Of a DNA stretch of 64,000 nt, positions 11,994 to 20,043 are shown one piece after another. The stretch lies in the NCBI GenBank assembly GCA_041159245.1, contig JBEAZV010000078.1, positions 15,304 through 79,303 on the forward strand, in the 5' to 3' direction. The notes below the pieces were generated by a model. That model made no database searches. It was not told the origin of the DNA and saw only the letters and a list, made by a program, of their open reading frames with translations. The translations under genes and the position numbers were made by a program. Source of the DNA: Pseudomonadota bacterium (GTDB taxonomy: Bacteria; Pseudomonadota; Gammaproteobacteria; Burkholderiales; Burkholderiaceae_C). Each line of letters begins with the position of its first letter. Position 1 is the first letter of the stretch.

Positions 11994-13430
11994 TTGTTTG
12001 CCGTGACTTCCGAGACTTCCAAGCACACTGGCGGCGCGCGCGTGCGCACCCGCTTCGCGCCGTCGCCTACCGGCTTCATTCACCTGGGCAACATCCGCTC
12101 GGCGCTGTACCCCTGGGCCTTCGCGCGCTCGCAGGGCGGCGACTTCATCCTGCGCATCGAGGACACCGACCTGGAGCGCTCCTCGCAGGCGGCGGTGGAC
12201 GTGATCATCGAGGGCTTGGCCTGGCTGGGCCTCACGCACGATGAAGGCCCGTTCTACCAAATGCAGCGGATGGACCGCTACCGCGAGGTGCTGGCCCGTA
12301 TGCAGGCGCAAGGCCTGGTGTACCCCTGCTACATGAGCGTGGCCGAACTGGACGCCCTGCGCGAGCGCCAGATGGCCGCCAAGGAAAAACCCCGCTACGA
12401 CGGCACCTGGCGACCCGAGCCGGGCAAGGTGCTGCCGCCGGTGCCGGAAGGCGTGAAGCCGGTGCTGCGCTTTCGCAACCCGCAGGGCGGGGTGGTGGCC
12501 TGGGACGACAAGGTCAAGGGCCGCATCGAGATCGCCAACGCCGAACTTGACGACCTGGTGATCGCGCGCCCCGACGGCACGCCCACCTACAACTTCTGTG
12601 TGGTGGTCGACGACATCGACATGCGCATCACCCATGTGATCCGTGGTGACGACCACGTGAACAACACGCCGCGGCAGATCAACATCTTTCGTGCACTGGG
12701 GCAGGAGCCGCCGGTGTATGCGCACTTGCCCACCGTGCTCAATGAGCAGGGCGAGAAGATGTCCAAGCGCAATGGCGCCAAGCCGGTGACGCAGTTTCGC
12801 GACGAAGGCTTTCTGGCGGACGCGGTGGTCAATTACCTGGCGCGTCTGGGCTGGTCGCATGGCGACGACGAGATTTTTTCGCGCGAGCAGTTCCTCGCGT
12901 GGTTTGACCTGGACCATCTGGGTCGCAGCGCCGCGCAGTTTGACGAAGCCAAGCTGCGTTGGGTGAACGCGCAGCACATGAAGACCACGTCCGACGAGGC
13001 CCTCGCGGCCCTGGTCGAACCGCAGCTGAAGGCGATGGGCCTGGCCCCCGATGCTCGCCTGCCCGCGATCTGCGGCCTGTTCAAAGACCGCTGCGAGACC
13101 ACGGTGGCTCTGGCCGCCTGGGCCGCGAAGTTCTACCAGCCGGTGCAGCCCGATGCCGGGGAGCTCGCGCAGTACGTCACGCAGGCGGTGCGCCCCGCCA
13201 TCGCGCAGCTTGCCAGCGCGCTAGCGGCGAGCGCCTGGGACAAGGCCGCCATCGCCGAGGCGATCAAGGAAACCCTGCGTGCCAGCGGGCTGAAGATGCC
13301 CCAATTGGCCATGCCGGTGCGCGTGCTGGTGCTGGGAACCCCCCAGACGCCGTCCCTGGATGCGGTCCTGGCCCTCTTCTCCCGGGAGGAGGTTTTGGGC
13401 CGATTGTCGAGCGGCCAAAAAACGTTGTAG
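11994..13430 (+). CDS. gltX: Glutamate--tRNA ligase (start may be the GTG at 12003)
   Basis: [15 protein letters not shown] (HIGH-like), LRIEDTD, KMSKR; followed by tRNA-Ala, Glu and Asp. Confidence 0.96.
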   Translation: MFAVTSETSKHTGGARVRTRFAPSPTGFIHLGNIRSALYPWAFARSQGGDFILRIEDTDLERSSQAAVDVIIEGLAWLGLTHDEGPFYQMQRMDRYREVLARMQAQGLVYPCYMSVAELDALRERQMAAKEKPRYDGTWRPEPGKVLPPVPEGVKPVLRFRNPQGGVVAWDDKVKGRIEIANAELDDLVIARPDGTPTYNFCVVVDDIDMRITHVIRGDDHVNNTPRQINIFRALGQEPPVYAHLPTVLNEQGEKMSKRNGAKPVTQFRDEGFLADAVVNYLARLGWSHGDDEIFSREQFLAWFDLDHLGRSAAQFDEAKLRWVNAQHMKTTSDEALAALVEPQLKAMGLAPDARLPAICGLFKDRCETTVALAAWAAKFYQPVQPDAGELAQYVTQAVRPAIAQLASALAASAWDKAAIAEAIKETLRASGLKMPQLAMPVRVLVLGTPQTPSLDAVLALFSREEVLGRLSSGQKTL

Positions 13431-13452
13431 AATCTTGGTCTCGACGCCAGAG

Positions 13453-13528
<76 letters not shown>

Positions 13529-13561
13529 AAAAGGCGTCGGGCGGAGTAGTCCAAAGGTTTT

Positions 13562-13637
13562 GACCCTATCGTCTAGAGGCCTAGGACATCACCCTTTCAC
13601 GGTGAGTACCGGGGTTCGAATCCCCGTAGGGTCGCCA
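13562..13637 (+). tRNA. tRNA-Glu(TTC)
   Basis: Acceptor GACCCTA/TAGGGTC; anticodon arm TCACC-CTTTCAC-GGTGA; GGTTCGAATCC T-loop; CCA end. Confidence 0.96.
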
Positions 13638-13707
13638 AATTGTTTTGGCACAAGAAGGTTGCTCTTGGCACGCGGGCTCTGGCCCGCAGCGAAATGCAAC
13701 ACTGCCT

Positions 13708-13784
13708 GGAGCGGTAGTTCAGTTGGTTAGAATACCGGCCTGTCACGCCGGGGGTCGCGGGTTCGAGTCCCGTCCGCTCCGCCA
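13708..13784 (+). tRNA. tRNA-Asp(GTC)
   Basis: Acceptor GGAGCGG/CCGCTCC; anticodon arm CCGGC-CTGTCAC-GCCGG; GGTTCGAGTCC; CCA end. Confidence 0.96.
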
Positions 13785-13801
13785 GAATTCAGAAGTTCAA
13801 T

Positions 13802-13836
13802 GGGCTGCAGCCGAGAGGTTGCGGCCCGTTTTGTTT
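13802..13836 (+). terminator. Intrinsic terminator after the tRNA cluster
   Basis: Stem GGGCTGCAGCC-GAGA-GGTTGCGGCCC (with G-U pairs) followed by GTTTTGTTT. Confidence 0.75.
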
Positions 13837-13871
13837 GGGTCTGCGTACGTGTGGGCTCGGTCAGAACCGTT

Positions 13872-14261
13872 TCACACGCCAGCCCGCTGGATCAACTCGA
13901 TCTTGTAGCCGTCCGGGTCAGTGACAAAGGCAATCACCGTGGCGCCGCCTTGCACCGGGCCGGGCTCGCGGGTGATCTTGCCGCCAGCGGCGCGGATCTT
14001 GTCGCAGGCGGCATAGGCGTCTTCCACGCCCAGTGCGATATGGCCGTAGGCCGTCCCCAGCTCGTATTGGCTGACCCCGTGGTTGTAGGTCAGCTCGATC
14101 TCGGCGTGGTCGGGGTTGCTTCCATAGCCCACGAAGGCCAGCGAGTACTTCTGCTCGGGCCGCTCGGTGGTGCGAAGCAGCTTCATGCCCAGCACGCGGG
14201 TGTAGAAATCAATGGAGCGTTGCAGGTCACCAACGCGCAGCATGGTGTGGAGAAGTCGCAT
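13872..14261 (-). CDS. gloA: Lactoylglutathione lyase (glyoxalase I)
   Basis: [45 protein letters not shown]. Confidence 0.96.
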   Translation of the reverse strand: MRLLHTMLRVGDLQRSIDFYTRVLGMKLLRTTERPEQKYSLAFVGYGSNPDHAEIELTYNHGVSQYELGTAYGHIALGVEDAYAACDKIRAAGGKITREPGPVQGGATVIAFVTDPDGYKIELIQRAGV

Positions 14262-14285
14262 GCACCAATTATCCTGCCAGGCGGT

Positions 14286-15350
14286 TCACCCCACGGGCAG
14301 GGTCGGATGTGGCCATGCAGGGGCGGCCAAGGTCGGGCCTCGTCGCCCCTCGGCCAGGGCCTGGGCGTAGGCAGGCACCACCCTCGCCGGGTCGTCGCCC
14401 AGTGCGCGCACCAGGCACAGGCCGTCGGCGCCGCAGGCGGCTGCCTGACGCGCCTGATCGGGGGCCAGGATGCCGCCGATCGCGACCACCGGGGCGTCGG
14501 CGTGTTGGCACCACCAAGCCAGGTTGTCCAGGCCCTGCGGCAGCCAGGGCATGTCCTTGGTGGTTGTGGGCCACACCGGGCCGCAGGCGATGTAGCGCGG
14601 TGAAAGGGCCCGCGCGCGGCACAACTCCCATACGCTGTGCGAGCTGATGCCCAGGGCCACGCCGCTGGCCAGCAGCGCGCGGCGGCCGTCCTCGCCCAGG
14701 GCCATCAGGTCTTCCTGTCCCAGGTGCACGGCGTCAGCGCCAAGCTCGGCGGCCAGCGCCCAGTGGTCGTTCACGAAGCACTGCGCGCCCGCGGCGCGCG
14801 CAGCGGCGATGGCGCGGGCCAGATCCTCGCGCAGACCCGCCTGCCAGAGCGCATCGGGTTGCGCCGGACGCTTGATGCGAATCTGCACGGTCTTGACGCC
14901 AGCGGCGAGGGCGCGCTCAAGCCGCTCGACATGGTCGGTGATGGCGTACAGGTCCAGGCGCGGCGCGGCGTGAGTCTTCTCGGGCGCGAACACCGTTGCC
15001 TCGCCCCACGACAGGCGCGGCAGGGCCCCGTGTAAACGCAGGAAGGCCAGTAGCACCGCGTCGGCGCCCACGTAGCCTGCAGCCAGGGCCTCCTGTGCGT
15101 GCGCTGCAAGCGTGCGGTCGTCCCCGCTTTGAGCCTGCGGCTCCTTGGCCTGGATCCAGCCGCGGGCATGCGCGCTTTCCAGCCAATGCAGGCGCGTGCC
15201 GTCGATCGCCTGCTGGTGCAGGACGCAGACGACGGCGCCGGTCTGCGCGCGCTGCGTCGCGGCCCAGGCCGGAATGGCCTCGAGGGCCATTCCGTCGGGT
15301 GGTGCCGGGAGCATCAGGCGGGACTCACGCGGGGGAAAAGGGGCGGCCAT
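14286..15350 (-). CDS. thiE: Thiamine-phosphate synthase with an extra N-terminal domain
   Basis: LYAITD...GVKTVQIRIK...FVNDHW...VHLGQED...GISSHS...YIACGPVWPTTTKDM...VVAIGGI; about 130 extra N-terminal residues; AAGGA RBS before the ATG. Confidence 0.9.
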   Translation of the reverse strand: MAAPFPPRESRLMLPAPPDGMALEAIPAWAATQRAQTGAVVCVLHQQAIDGTRLHWLESAHARGWIQAKEPQAQSGDDRTLAAHAQEALAAGYVGADAVLLAFLRLHGALPRLSWGEATVFAPEKTHAAPRLDLYAITDHVERLERALAAGVKTVQIRIKRPAQPDALWQAGLREDLARAIAAARAAGAQCFVNDHWALAAELGADAVHLGQEDLMALGEDGRRALLASGVALGISSHSVWELCRARALSPRYIACGPVWPTTTKDMPWLPQGLDNLAWWCQHADAPVVAIGGILAPDQARQAAACGADGLCLVRALGDDPARVVPAYAQALAEGRRGPTLAAPAWPHPTLPVG

Positions 15351-15368
15351 GTTCAGGTCCTTGGAAAA

Positions 15369-16136
15369 TCAACCCATTACCAGTCCACCGTCGACGAACA
15401 GCACCTGTCCGGTGACGAAAGCGCTGTGCGTGCTGGCCAGGAACAGTACCGGGCCGGCCACATCCTCGGGGCTTGCCAGGCGGCGTAGCGGCGTGGCGGC
15501 CGCGATCGCATCCCGAAAGCCGGCTCGCGTGCCGGCGCTGGCCTGCGTGGGGTAGACCAGGCCCGGCGCCACGCAGTTCACGCGCACGCCCTGCGGCCCG
15601 AGTTCGGCCGCCAGGTTGCGGGTGAAGCCCACCAGCGCCGACTTGGCGGTGGCGTAGTCGTGATACGGCACCACAGGGTGGTCGACGAGGTTGGTCGCGA
15701 TGTTCACGATGGCCCCCCGGGCGTGGCGCGCCAGCTGGGGCAGGGCGGCCCTACACACATGGTGGGCAGCGCCCACCGCACCTTCGAACTGCGCGCGGTA
15801 GGCGTCCCAGCCTACCTGGCCAAAGCGCTGGCGCTGCTCGGGGTCAAAGGCGTAGGGCGCGAAGGCGTTGTTCACCACGACGTCCAAGCGGCCGAACTCG
15901 GCGACCACAGCCTCCACCAGTCGCGACGCCTGATCCGCCTCGCGTACATCGGCCTGCAGGGCCAGCCCGTCGCCGCCGGCCTCGCGGCATTGCGTGGTGA
16001 CGGTCTCGGCCGCGGCCGTGTCACGCAAGTAGTTGACCGCCACCGCGGCGCCGTGCGCGGCGAAAGCCCGTGCGATCGCAGCGCCGATGCCGCGGCCTGC
16101 ACCGGTTACCAAGACGACTTGTCCCTGAAAGTTCAT
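15369..16136 (-). CDS. Short-chain dehydrogenase/reductase (FabG-like) in the thiamine operon
   Basis: TGAGRGIG Rossmann motif, VNNA, catalytic YATAK (YxxxK), VRVNCVAPG. Confidence 0.92.
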   Translation of the reverse strand: MNFQGQVVLVTGAGRGIGAAIARAFAAHGAAVAVNYLRDTAAAETVTTQCREAGGDGLALQADVREADQASRLVEAVVAEFGRLDVVVNNAFAPYAFDPEQRQRFGQVGWDAYRAQFEGAVGAAHHVCRAALPQLARHARGAIVNIATNLVDHPVVPYHDYATAKSALVGFTRNLAAELGPQGVRVNCVAPGLVYPTQASAGTRAGFRDAIAAATPLRRLASPEDVAGPVLFLASTHSAFVTGQVLFVDGGLVMG

Positions 16137-16138
16137 GC

Positions 16139-16195
16139 TTATTTCCCTGGCAGCAGGACGCTGGCGACGACATCATCGCGACCCGCCCGGTTCAC
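16139..16195 (-). pseudogene. Possible 18-codon remnant of an internally deleted gene (VNRAGRDDVVASVLLPGK)
   Basis: GTG overlaps the luxC-like TGA by 4 nt (GTGA), matching the ATGA overlaps at the two upstream junctions; TAA lies 2 nt before the SDR ATG. Confidence 0.35.
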
Positions 16196-17682
16196 TGGCC
16201 GTCCTCCTGCGCGTAGGGCGCGAGGCGGTCGGCTGCGCGTTCGGCACCCGCCTCGATCTCGGCGAAGCGCACCAGGTCCCGCAGGTTGCAGCCGCCATCG
16301 TGGTGCCATCCGGCCTCGGGCGAGGTCATCGTGCCCAGCGCGCACACGCGGGTCATGCCCGCCTGCGCCAGTCGCAGGGAGAGCGTGTAGAGGCGCTCCG
16401 GCGCGACCGCCACGCCTGCGGTCTGCAGGTAGGGTGCGTGCGCGGTGAGCGCGTCGGCGGCCGCCTCCAGCGTGTCCACCGCGACCACCTGAATGCAGCG
16501 CCAGCCAGCGGTGGGCGCCAGGGGCAGGGCGCGATCGCTGTAGGCGACGGCCCAGGGCGAGGCTTCGTCCCCCAGCAAGATCGGGTTGCTCGCCGCTTGC
16601 TGGCCTGAGTCGCTCCATTCCACCGCGTGCCGCCACTGGGCGATGGCCGCAGCGTCAGCCAGCCCCAGCGCCGGGCGCGGATGGCGGCGAGCCAGCGCTG
16701 CGAGCTCGCCTGCGAGGTGCTGTGCGAAATCGCGCGGGCTCAGGCGCGCGCCGCGCTCGACATAGAACACATGAGGGGAGTAGCAGCCTTGCTGCTCGTA
16801 GCGCGCGACATCCAGGGCGGCCAGGCGCGCCATCGCCGGCCCGCGCTGCGTGTCCAGCGCCTCGCGGCCTACCAGCGCCACGCCCAGCTTGTGGCCATAG
16901 GCCAGGAAGCGTGCGGTCGATGGCACCTGGGTGCGGATCTCCTGCACCGTATCCTGCCCGCCATACGCTAGCACGGTGTCGGCCTGCGCATGCAGCGTGG
17001 TGGCGGGCTCGGCTTCGCCGCCTTTCCACCACACGATGGCGAAGCAGTCGGCCAGTGCCGGGTCAACCTGCACCAGCGCGCGCGCAAACAATGTGGCGAA
17101 GACGGGCTCGGCGCTGGGCAGCTTGCCGATGTTGCCGGCCTTCACCAGCAGGCCACAGGCCAGGCTCCACAGCGGCAGCCCGGGCACGTTGCCAGCCCAG
17201 TGGTGCACCAGCAGGCGGGGTCCGAAGGCGCGCACCATGCCGCCCTTGGTCGCGGGTTGAAATTCGTCGAGCACCTTGGGGTTGGAAAAATCCTCGCTCA
17301 CGAAGCGATGCAGCTGCGGCGCGCGGAAGGTCTGCAGGTAGCGGGTGAGGCCCAGACGGACCATGGCGGCGTCATAGCCGGTGACGCGAGGCAGCAGCGC
17401 GTCGGCCTGCTGCCGCAGCGGATCGTGCGGATCCAGCAGGTGGGCCACAGCCCGGTCGATGCGGTCGATCAGGGCCGACACCGGCAAGGCCTGCAGCACC
17501 GCGCGCGCCGACTGCCGCACGCGCTGCGCAAGGGCTTGTGCCTGGGCCGGCGTGAGCACCGGCACCGCGATCTCCTGGGGTTGGTCCGGGATGGCTTCAA
17601 AGCGCAGCGTCTGCCAGGCCACCTCGGTGTCAGACAGTCCAGGCAGGTGGCCGGCTTTCCAGGGGGTGCTGGCTGCGGTCAT
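16192..17682 (-). CDS. LuxC-like acyl-CoA/acyl-protein reductase (ALDH-like fold)
   Basis: HHWAGNVPGL, GKLPSAEP, AYGGQD, YGHKLG, YEQQGCYSPH (position of the LuxC catalytic Cys); ATGA overlap with the upstream gene. Confidence 0.85.
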   Translation of the reverse strand: MTAASTPWKAGHLPGLSDTEVAWQTLRFEAIPDQPQEIAVPVLTPAQAQALAQRVRQSARAVLQALPVSALIDRIDRAVAHLLDPHDPLRQQADALLPRVTGYDAAMVRLGLTRYLQTFRAPQLHRFVSEDFSNPKVLDEFQPATKGGMVRAFGPRLLVHHWAGNVPGLPLWSLACGLLVKAGNIGKLPSAEPVFATLFARALVQVDPALADCFAIVWWKGGEAEPATTLHAQADTVLAYGGQDTVQEIRTQVPSTARFLAYGHKLGVALVGREALDTQRGPAMARLAALDVARYEQQGCYSPHVFYVERGARLSPRDFAQHLAGELAALARRHPRPALGLADAAAIAQWRHAVEWSDSGQQAASNPILLGDEASPWAVAYSDRALPLAPTAGWRCIQVVAVDTLEAAADALTAHAPYLQTAGVAVAPERLYTLSLRLAQAGMTRVCALGTMTSPEAGWHHDGGCNLRDLVRFAEIEAGAERAADRLAPYAQEDGQ

Positions 17683-18782
17683 GCCGTCCCCAGAAATTCG
17701 GCGACTGCGAGCGAGCAGCCCCGGGCTTGCGCGCCCTGCGCACGACCGAGCAAGAGGAAGCCGCCGCCCCGGGCTACACCCACGTCCTCGGTGAGGATGG
17801 TGGTGGTGGAATTGAAGCTGGCCAGGTCGCAGTGCACCAGCACGCCTGCTTCGCCCGGGGACATCTCGCGGCCCGTGAGCGGGTCCACCACGCGGCTGCG
17901 GACCCAGTGTGGTCCGCGTTTGACGGCGGGCGTGACCGCATTGCCCTCGTCATAGAACTGGCTGCTCAACTCGGTCATGCCGTACATGTTGATGCACTGA
18001 TCCCGCGCAACGCCCAGGCGGTGCGAGAGCTCGCTGTAGAAGTCCTCGGGCGCCAGCTCGCGGGACTGGCGCTTGTAGCCGCCGGTGTCCAGCAGGCGGC
18101 TGCCGGTGGGCAGCCGTACGCGCTCGCCGTCCTGCGCCATGGCGTCCAGCAGGTGCACAAAGCCGTAGCTGGCCCCCAGGACGGCCAGGGGCTGCCCGCT
18201 GCGTTCGGCCTCGTGCAGGCGGGCGCGCAGGCCGGCCAGGTCCATGCCGGCGGCTGAGAGGTACCCGGCGCTGTCTGGCGTGCCGAATTCGCGCACCGCC
18301 TGGGCCAGGTAGCGGGCGAGCGAGGAGTTGCCCAGCTCGGTCTCGGGCGGAAACAGGATGGCCATGGGCAGGCGCGGCCCACCCCGCATGAAGCACGCCG
18401 CGAAGTGGCGCCGCATCGAGAGATCCCACACCGCGATCGTCGGATGGTGGTGGCAGCCTTTGACTTCGGCGCGGGTGGTGCCACTGGTCATGAAGACGCG
18501 TTCGCAGGCCCCGATCGGCTCGCAGCTGAGGGTGGTTTCCTTGAAGGCGTTGATCGGAACGGCGGGAATGTCGCGCCAGGTCTGCACCCGCCGCGGGGTG
18601 AGGCCGCGGCGCTGACAAAAACGGCGCAGGGGCTCGTTGTGCTCGTACTGGTGCGCGAAGAGTCGTCGCGCCATGGCGTCGAAGGCCGCGTCGTCGCAGC
18701 CGTCCTGCGCCAGGAATGCGATCAGCTCGGGCACCAGGGCCCGCGTCGCGGCCGAGAGCCCTTGTGGGGTCCAGTCGCTCAT
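17679..18782 (-). CDS. LuxE/PaaK-like acyl-protein synthetase (adenylate-forming)
   Basis: DIPAVPINAFK, FMTSGTT P-loop, LDTGGYK, NMYGMTELSSQFYD, ILTEDVG, C-terminal GRAQGAQARGCS with the LuxE-type acylated Cys. Confidence 0.87.
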   Translation of the reverse strand: MSDWTPQGLSAATRALVPELIAFLAQDGCDDAAFDAMARRLFAHQYEHNEPLRRFCQRRGLTPRRVQTWRDIPAVPINAFKETTLSCEPIGACERVFMTSGTTRAEVKGCHHHPTIAVWDLSMRRHFAACFMRGGPRLPMAILFPPETELGNSSLARYLAQAVREFGTPDSAGYLSAAGMDLAGLRARLHEAERSGQPLAVLGASYGFVHLLDAMAQDGERVRLPTGSRLLDTGGYKRQSRELAPEDFYSELSHRLGVARDQCINMYGMTELSSQFYDEGNAVTPAVKRGPHWVRSRVVDPLTGREMSPGEAGVLVHCDLASFNSTTTILTEDVGVARGGGFLLLGRAQGAQARGCSLAVAEFLGTA

Positions 18783-19669
18783 CGCAAGGGCACCGTGTGC
18801 ATCGCCTGCGGCTGCCAGGCGTGATTGAGCGGCCCGCTGCCCTCGCCGGTACGCACCGGCGCGCCGGCTTGGAGCGCACCGCGCACGTAGTCACGTGCGG
18901 CCCGCACCGCGTCTGGCAAGGCCATGCCGCGTGCAAGATGGGCTGCGATGGCGCTGGATAGCGTGCACCCGGTGCCATGCGTGTTCGCGCTCGGGATACG
19001 CGGGCCGCGTAGCCACAGCCGCGCGCCATCGCGCGTCAGCAGCAGGTCGCTCACCGAGTTGCCGGCCAAGTGGCCGCCCTTGACCAGCACGGCCCGGGCT
19101 CCGCGCGCGATCAGCTCGCGTCCCGCGGCGTCCATATCGGCTTCATTTGTCAGGGGGCGGCCCACCAGCAGGGCCGCCTCGTCGAGGTTGGGGGTGACCA
19201 GCGTTGCGCGCGGGAACATCTGCGCCACCAGCACCTCGATGGCCTCGCGGTCGATCAGCGTCGCGCCGCTGGTGGCCACCATCACCGGGTCCAGTACGAC
19301 CTGCTGCAGGCGGTGGCGATCGATGGCGGTGGCCACCGCCGCCACGGTGGCCGAGGAATGCAGCATGCCCACCTTCACGGCGTCAACACCGATGTCCTCC
19401 ACGACCGCGTCGATCTGCGCGTGCAGCATGTCCAGCGGCACCGCGTGGATGGCGCGCACACCGGTGGTGTTCTGGGCGGTGAGGGCGGTGATCGCCGTCA
19501 TGCCAAAGCAGCCTAGGGCTGCGAAGGTCTTGAGGTCGGCCTGCAGGCCGGCGCCGCCGCCGCTGTCCGAGCCGGCGATGGAGAGCACGCGCGAATAGCG
19601 CAGCGTCCGCGCGATCGGCGCGGCGCCCGGGGCGGCCTGGGGGCCATCAGCAGGAGGGGACGAGGTCAC
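18779..19669 (-). CDS. thiD: Hydroxymethylpyrimidine/phosphomethylpyrimidine kinase
   Basis: VLSIAGSDSGGGAGLQADLKT, VKVGML, LDPVMVATSG, TPNLDEA, THGTGCTLSSAIAA. GTG start at 19669 chosen from the AAGGAG RBS at 19675-19680. Confidence 0.95.
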   Translation of the reverse strand: MTSSPPADGPQAAPGAAPIARTLRYSRVLSIAGSDSGGGAGLQADLKTFAALGCFGMTAITALTAQNTTGVRAIHAVPLDMLHAQIDAVVEDIGVDAVKVGMLHSSATVAAVATAIDRHRLQQVVLDPVMVATSGATLIDREAIEVLVAQMFPRATLVTPNLDEAALLVGRPLTNEADMDAAGRELIARGARAVLVKGGHLAGNSVSDLLLTRDGARLWLRGPRIPSANTHGTGCTLSSAIAAHLARGMALPDAVRAARDYVRGALQAGAPVRTGEGSGPLNHAWQPQAMHTVPLR

Positions 19670-19674
19670 TGCAA

Positions 19675-19712
19675 CTCCTTCGCAAGGGCATGAACGCAAT
19701 GCTCCGAAGGAG
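19675..19712 (-). promoter_or_regulatory. Anti-SD/SD hairpin (expression platform of the minus-strand TPP riboswitch)
   Basis: In mRNA sense CTCCTTCG (19712-19705) is a perfect 8-bp complement of the SD-containing CGAAGGAG (19682-19675). Confidence 0.7.
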
Positions 19713-19750
19713 GGACCCGCGAGGGACCGCGTGGGCGGCCAGGCGGGAGG

Positions 19751-19826
19751 GCTCTTCTTACGCCGGCATGAACCGGATCAAGTTCGCGGGTCTGCATCTC
19801 AGCACGCTAGGCGTGCACCCCGGAGC
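19751..19826 (-). ncRNA. TPP riboswitch (THI element) upstream of thiD
   Basis: Minus strand reads GCTCCGGGGTGC-ACGCCTAGCGT-GCTGAGA-TGCAG-ACCCGCGAACTTGATCCGGTTCATGCCGGCGTAAGAAGAGC, matching the GGGGTGC...CTGAGA...ACCC...GAACyTGATCnGG...CCnGCG consensus. Confidence 0.93.
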
Positions 19827-19833
19827 GAGGGAA

Positions 19834-19876
19834 ATTGTCTCATGGCCCGCGTCACGGCGCGCGCTGGGCCTAAAAT
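19834..19876. promoter_or_regulatory. Overlapping divergent sigma70-like promoters
   Basis: -10-like TAAAAT (+, 19871-19876) and GACAAT (-, 19839-19834), each exactly 7 nt before its aptamer; -35 elements are not consensus. Confidence 0.5.
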
Positions 19877-19883
19877 CGCCCCT

Positions 19884-19974
19884 GCTCCGGGGTGCGGACG
19901 GCATGAAGCCGGTCGCTGAGATGGCCCAGCCAAACCCGTGAACTTGAACCGGTTCGCACCGGCGGAAGGAGAGC
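19884..19974 (+). ncRNA. TPP riboswitch (THI element) upstream of thiO
   Basis: GCTCCGGGGTGC...GCTGAGATGG...AAACCCGTGAACTTGAACCGGTTCGCACCGGCGGAAGGAGAGC; downstream CTTCTTCC (19989-19996) can pair with the thiO SD GGAAGAA (20030-20036). Confidence 0.93.
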
Positions 19975-20043
19975 CCCACCCCGCGGCCCTTCTTCCGACG
20001 CGTGCCACCCCCGCGCAACGCAACTTCGAGGAAGAAAGTCGGC

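Noticed and set aside
16192-18782. Bioluminescence (lux) operon
   Set aside because: Only LuxE- and LuxC-like genes are present. There is no luciferase luxA/luxB, luxD or luxG, and the context is a TPP-riboswitch thiamine operon.
19690-20043. Short ORFs in the thiD-thiO intergenic region (19690-19941, 19731-19919) and the extended starts of thiD (19699) and thiO (20002)
   Set aside because: The region is explained by two riboswitches and their anti-SD hairpins, which point to starts at 19669 and 20044.
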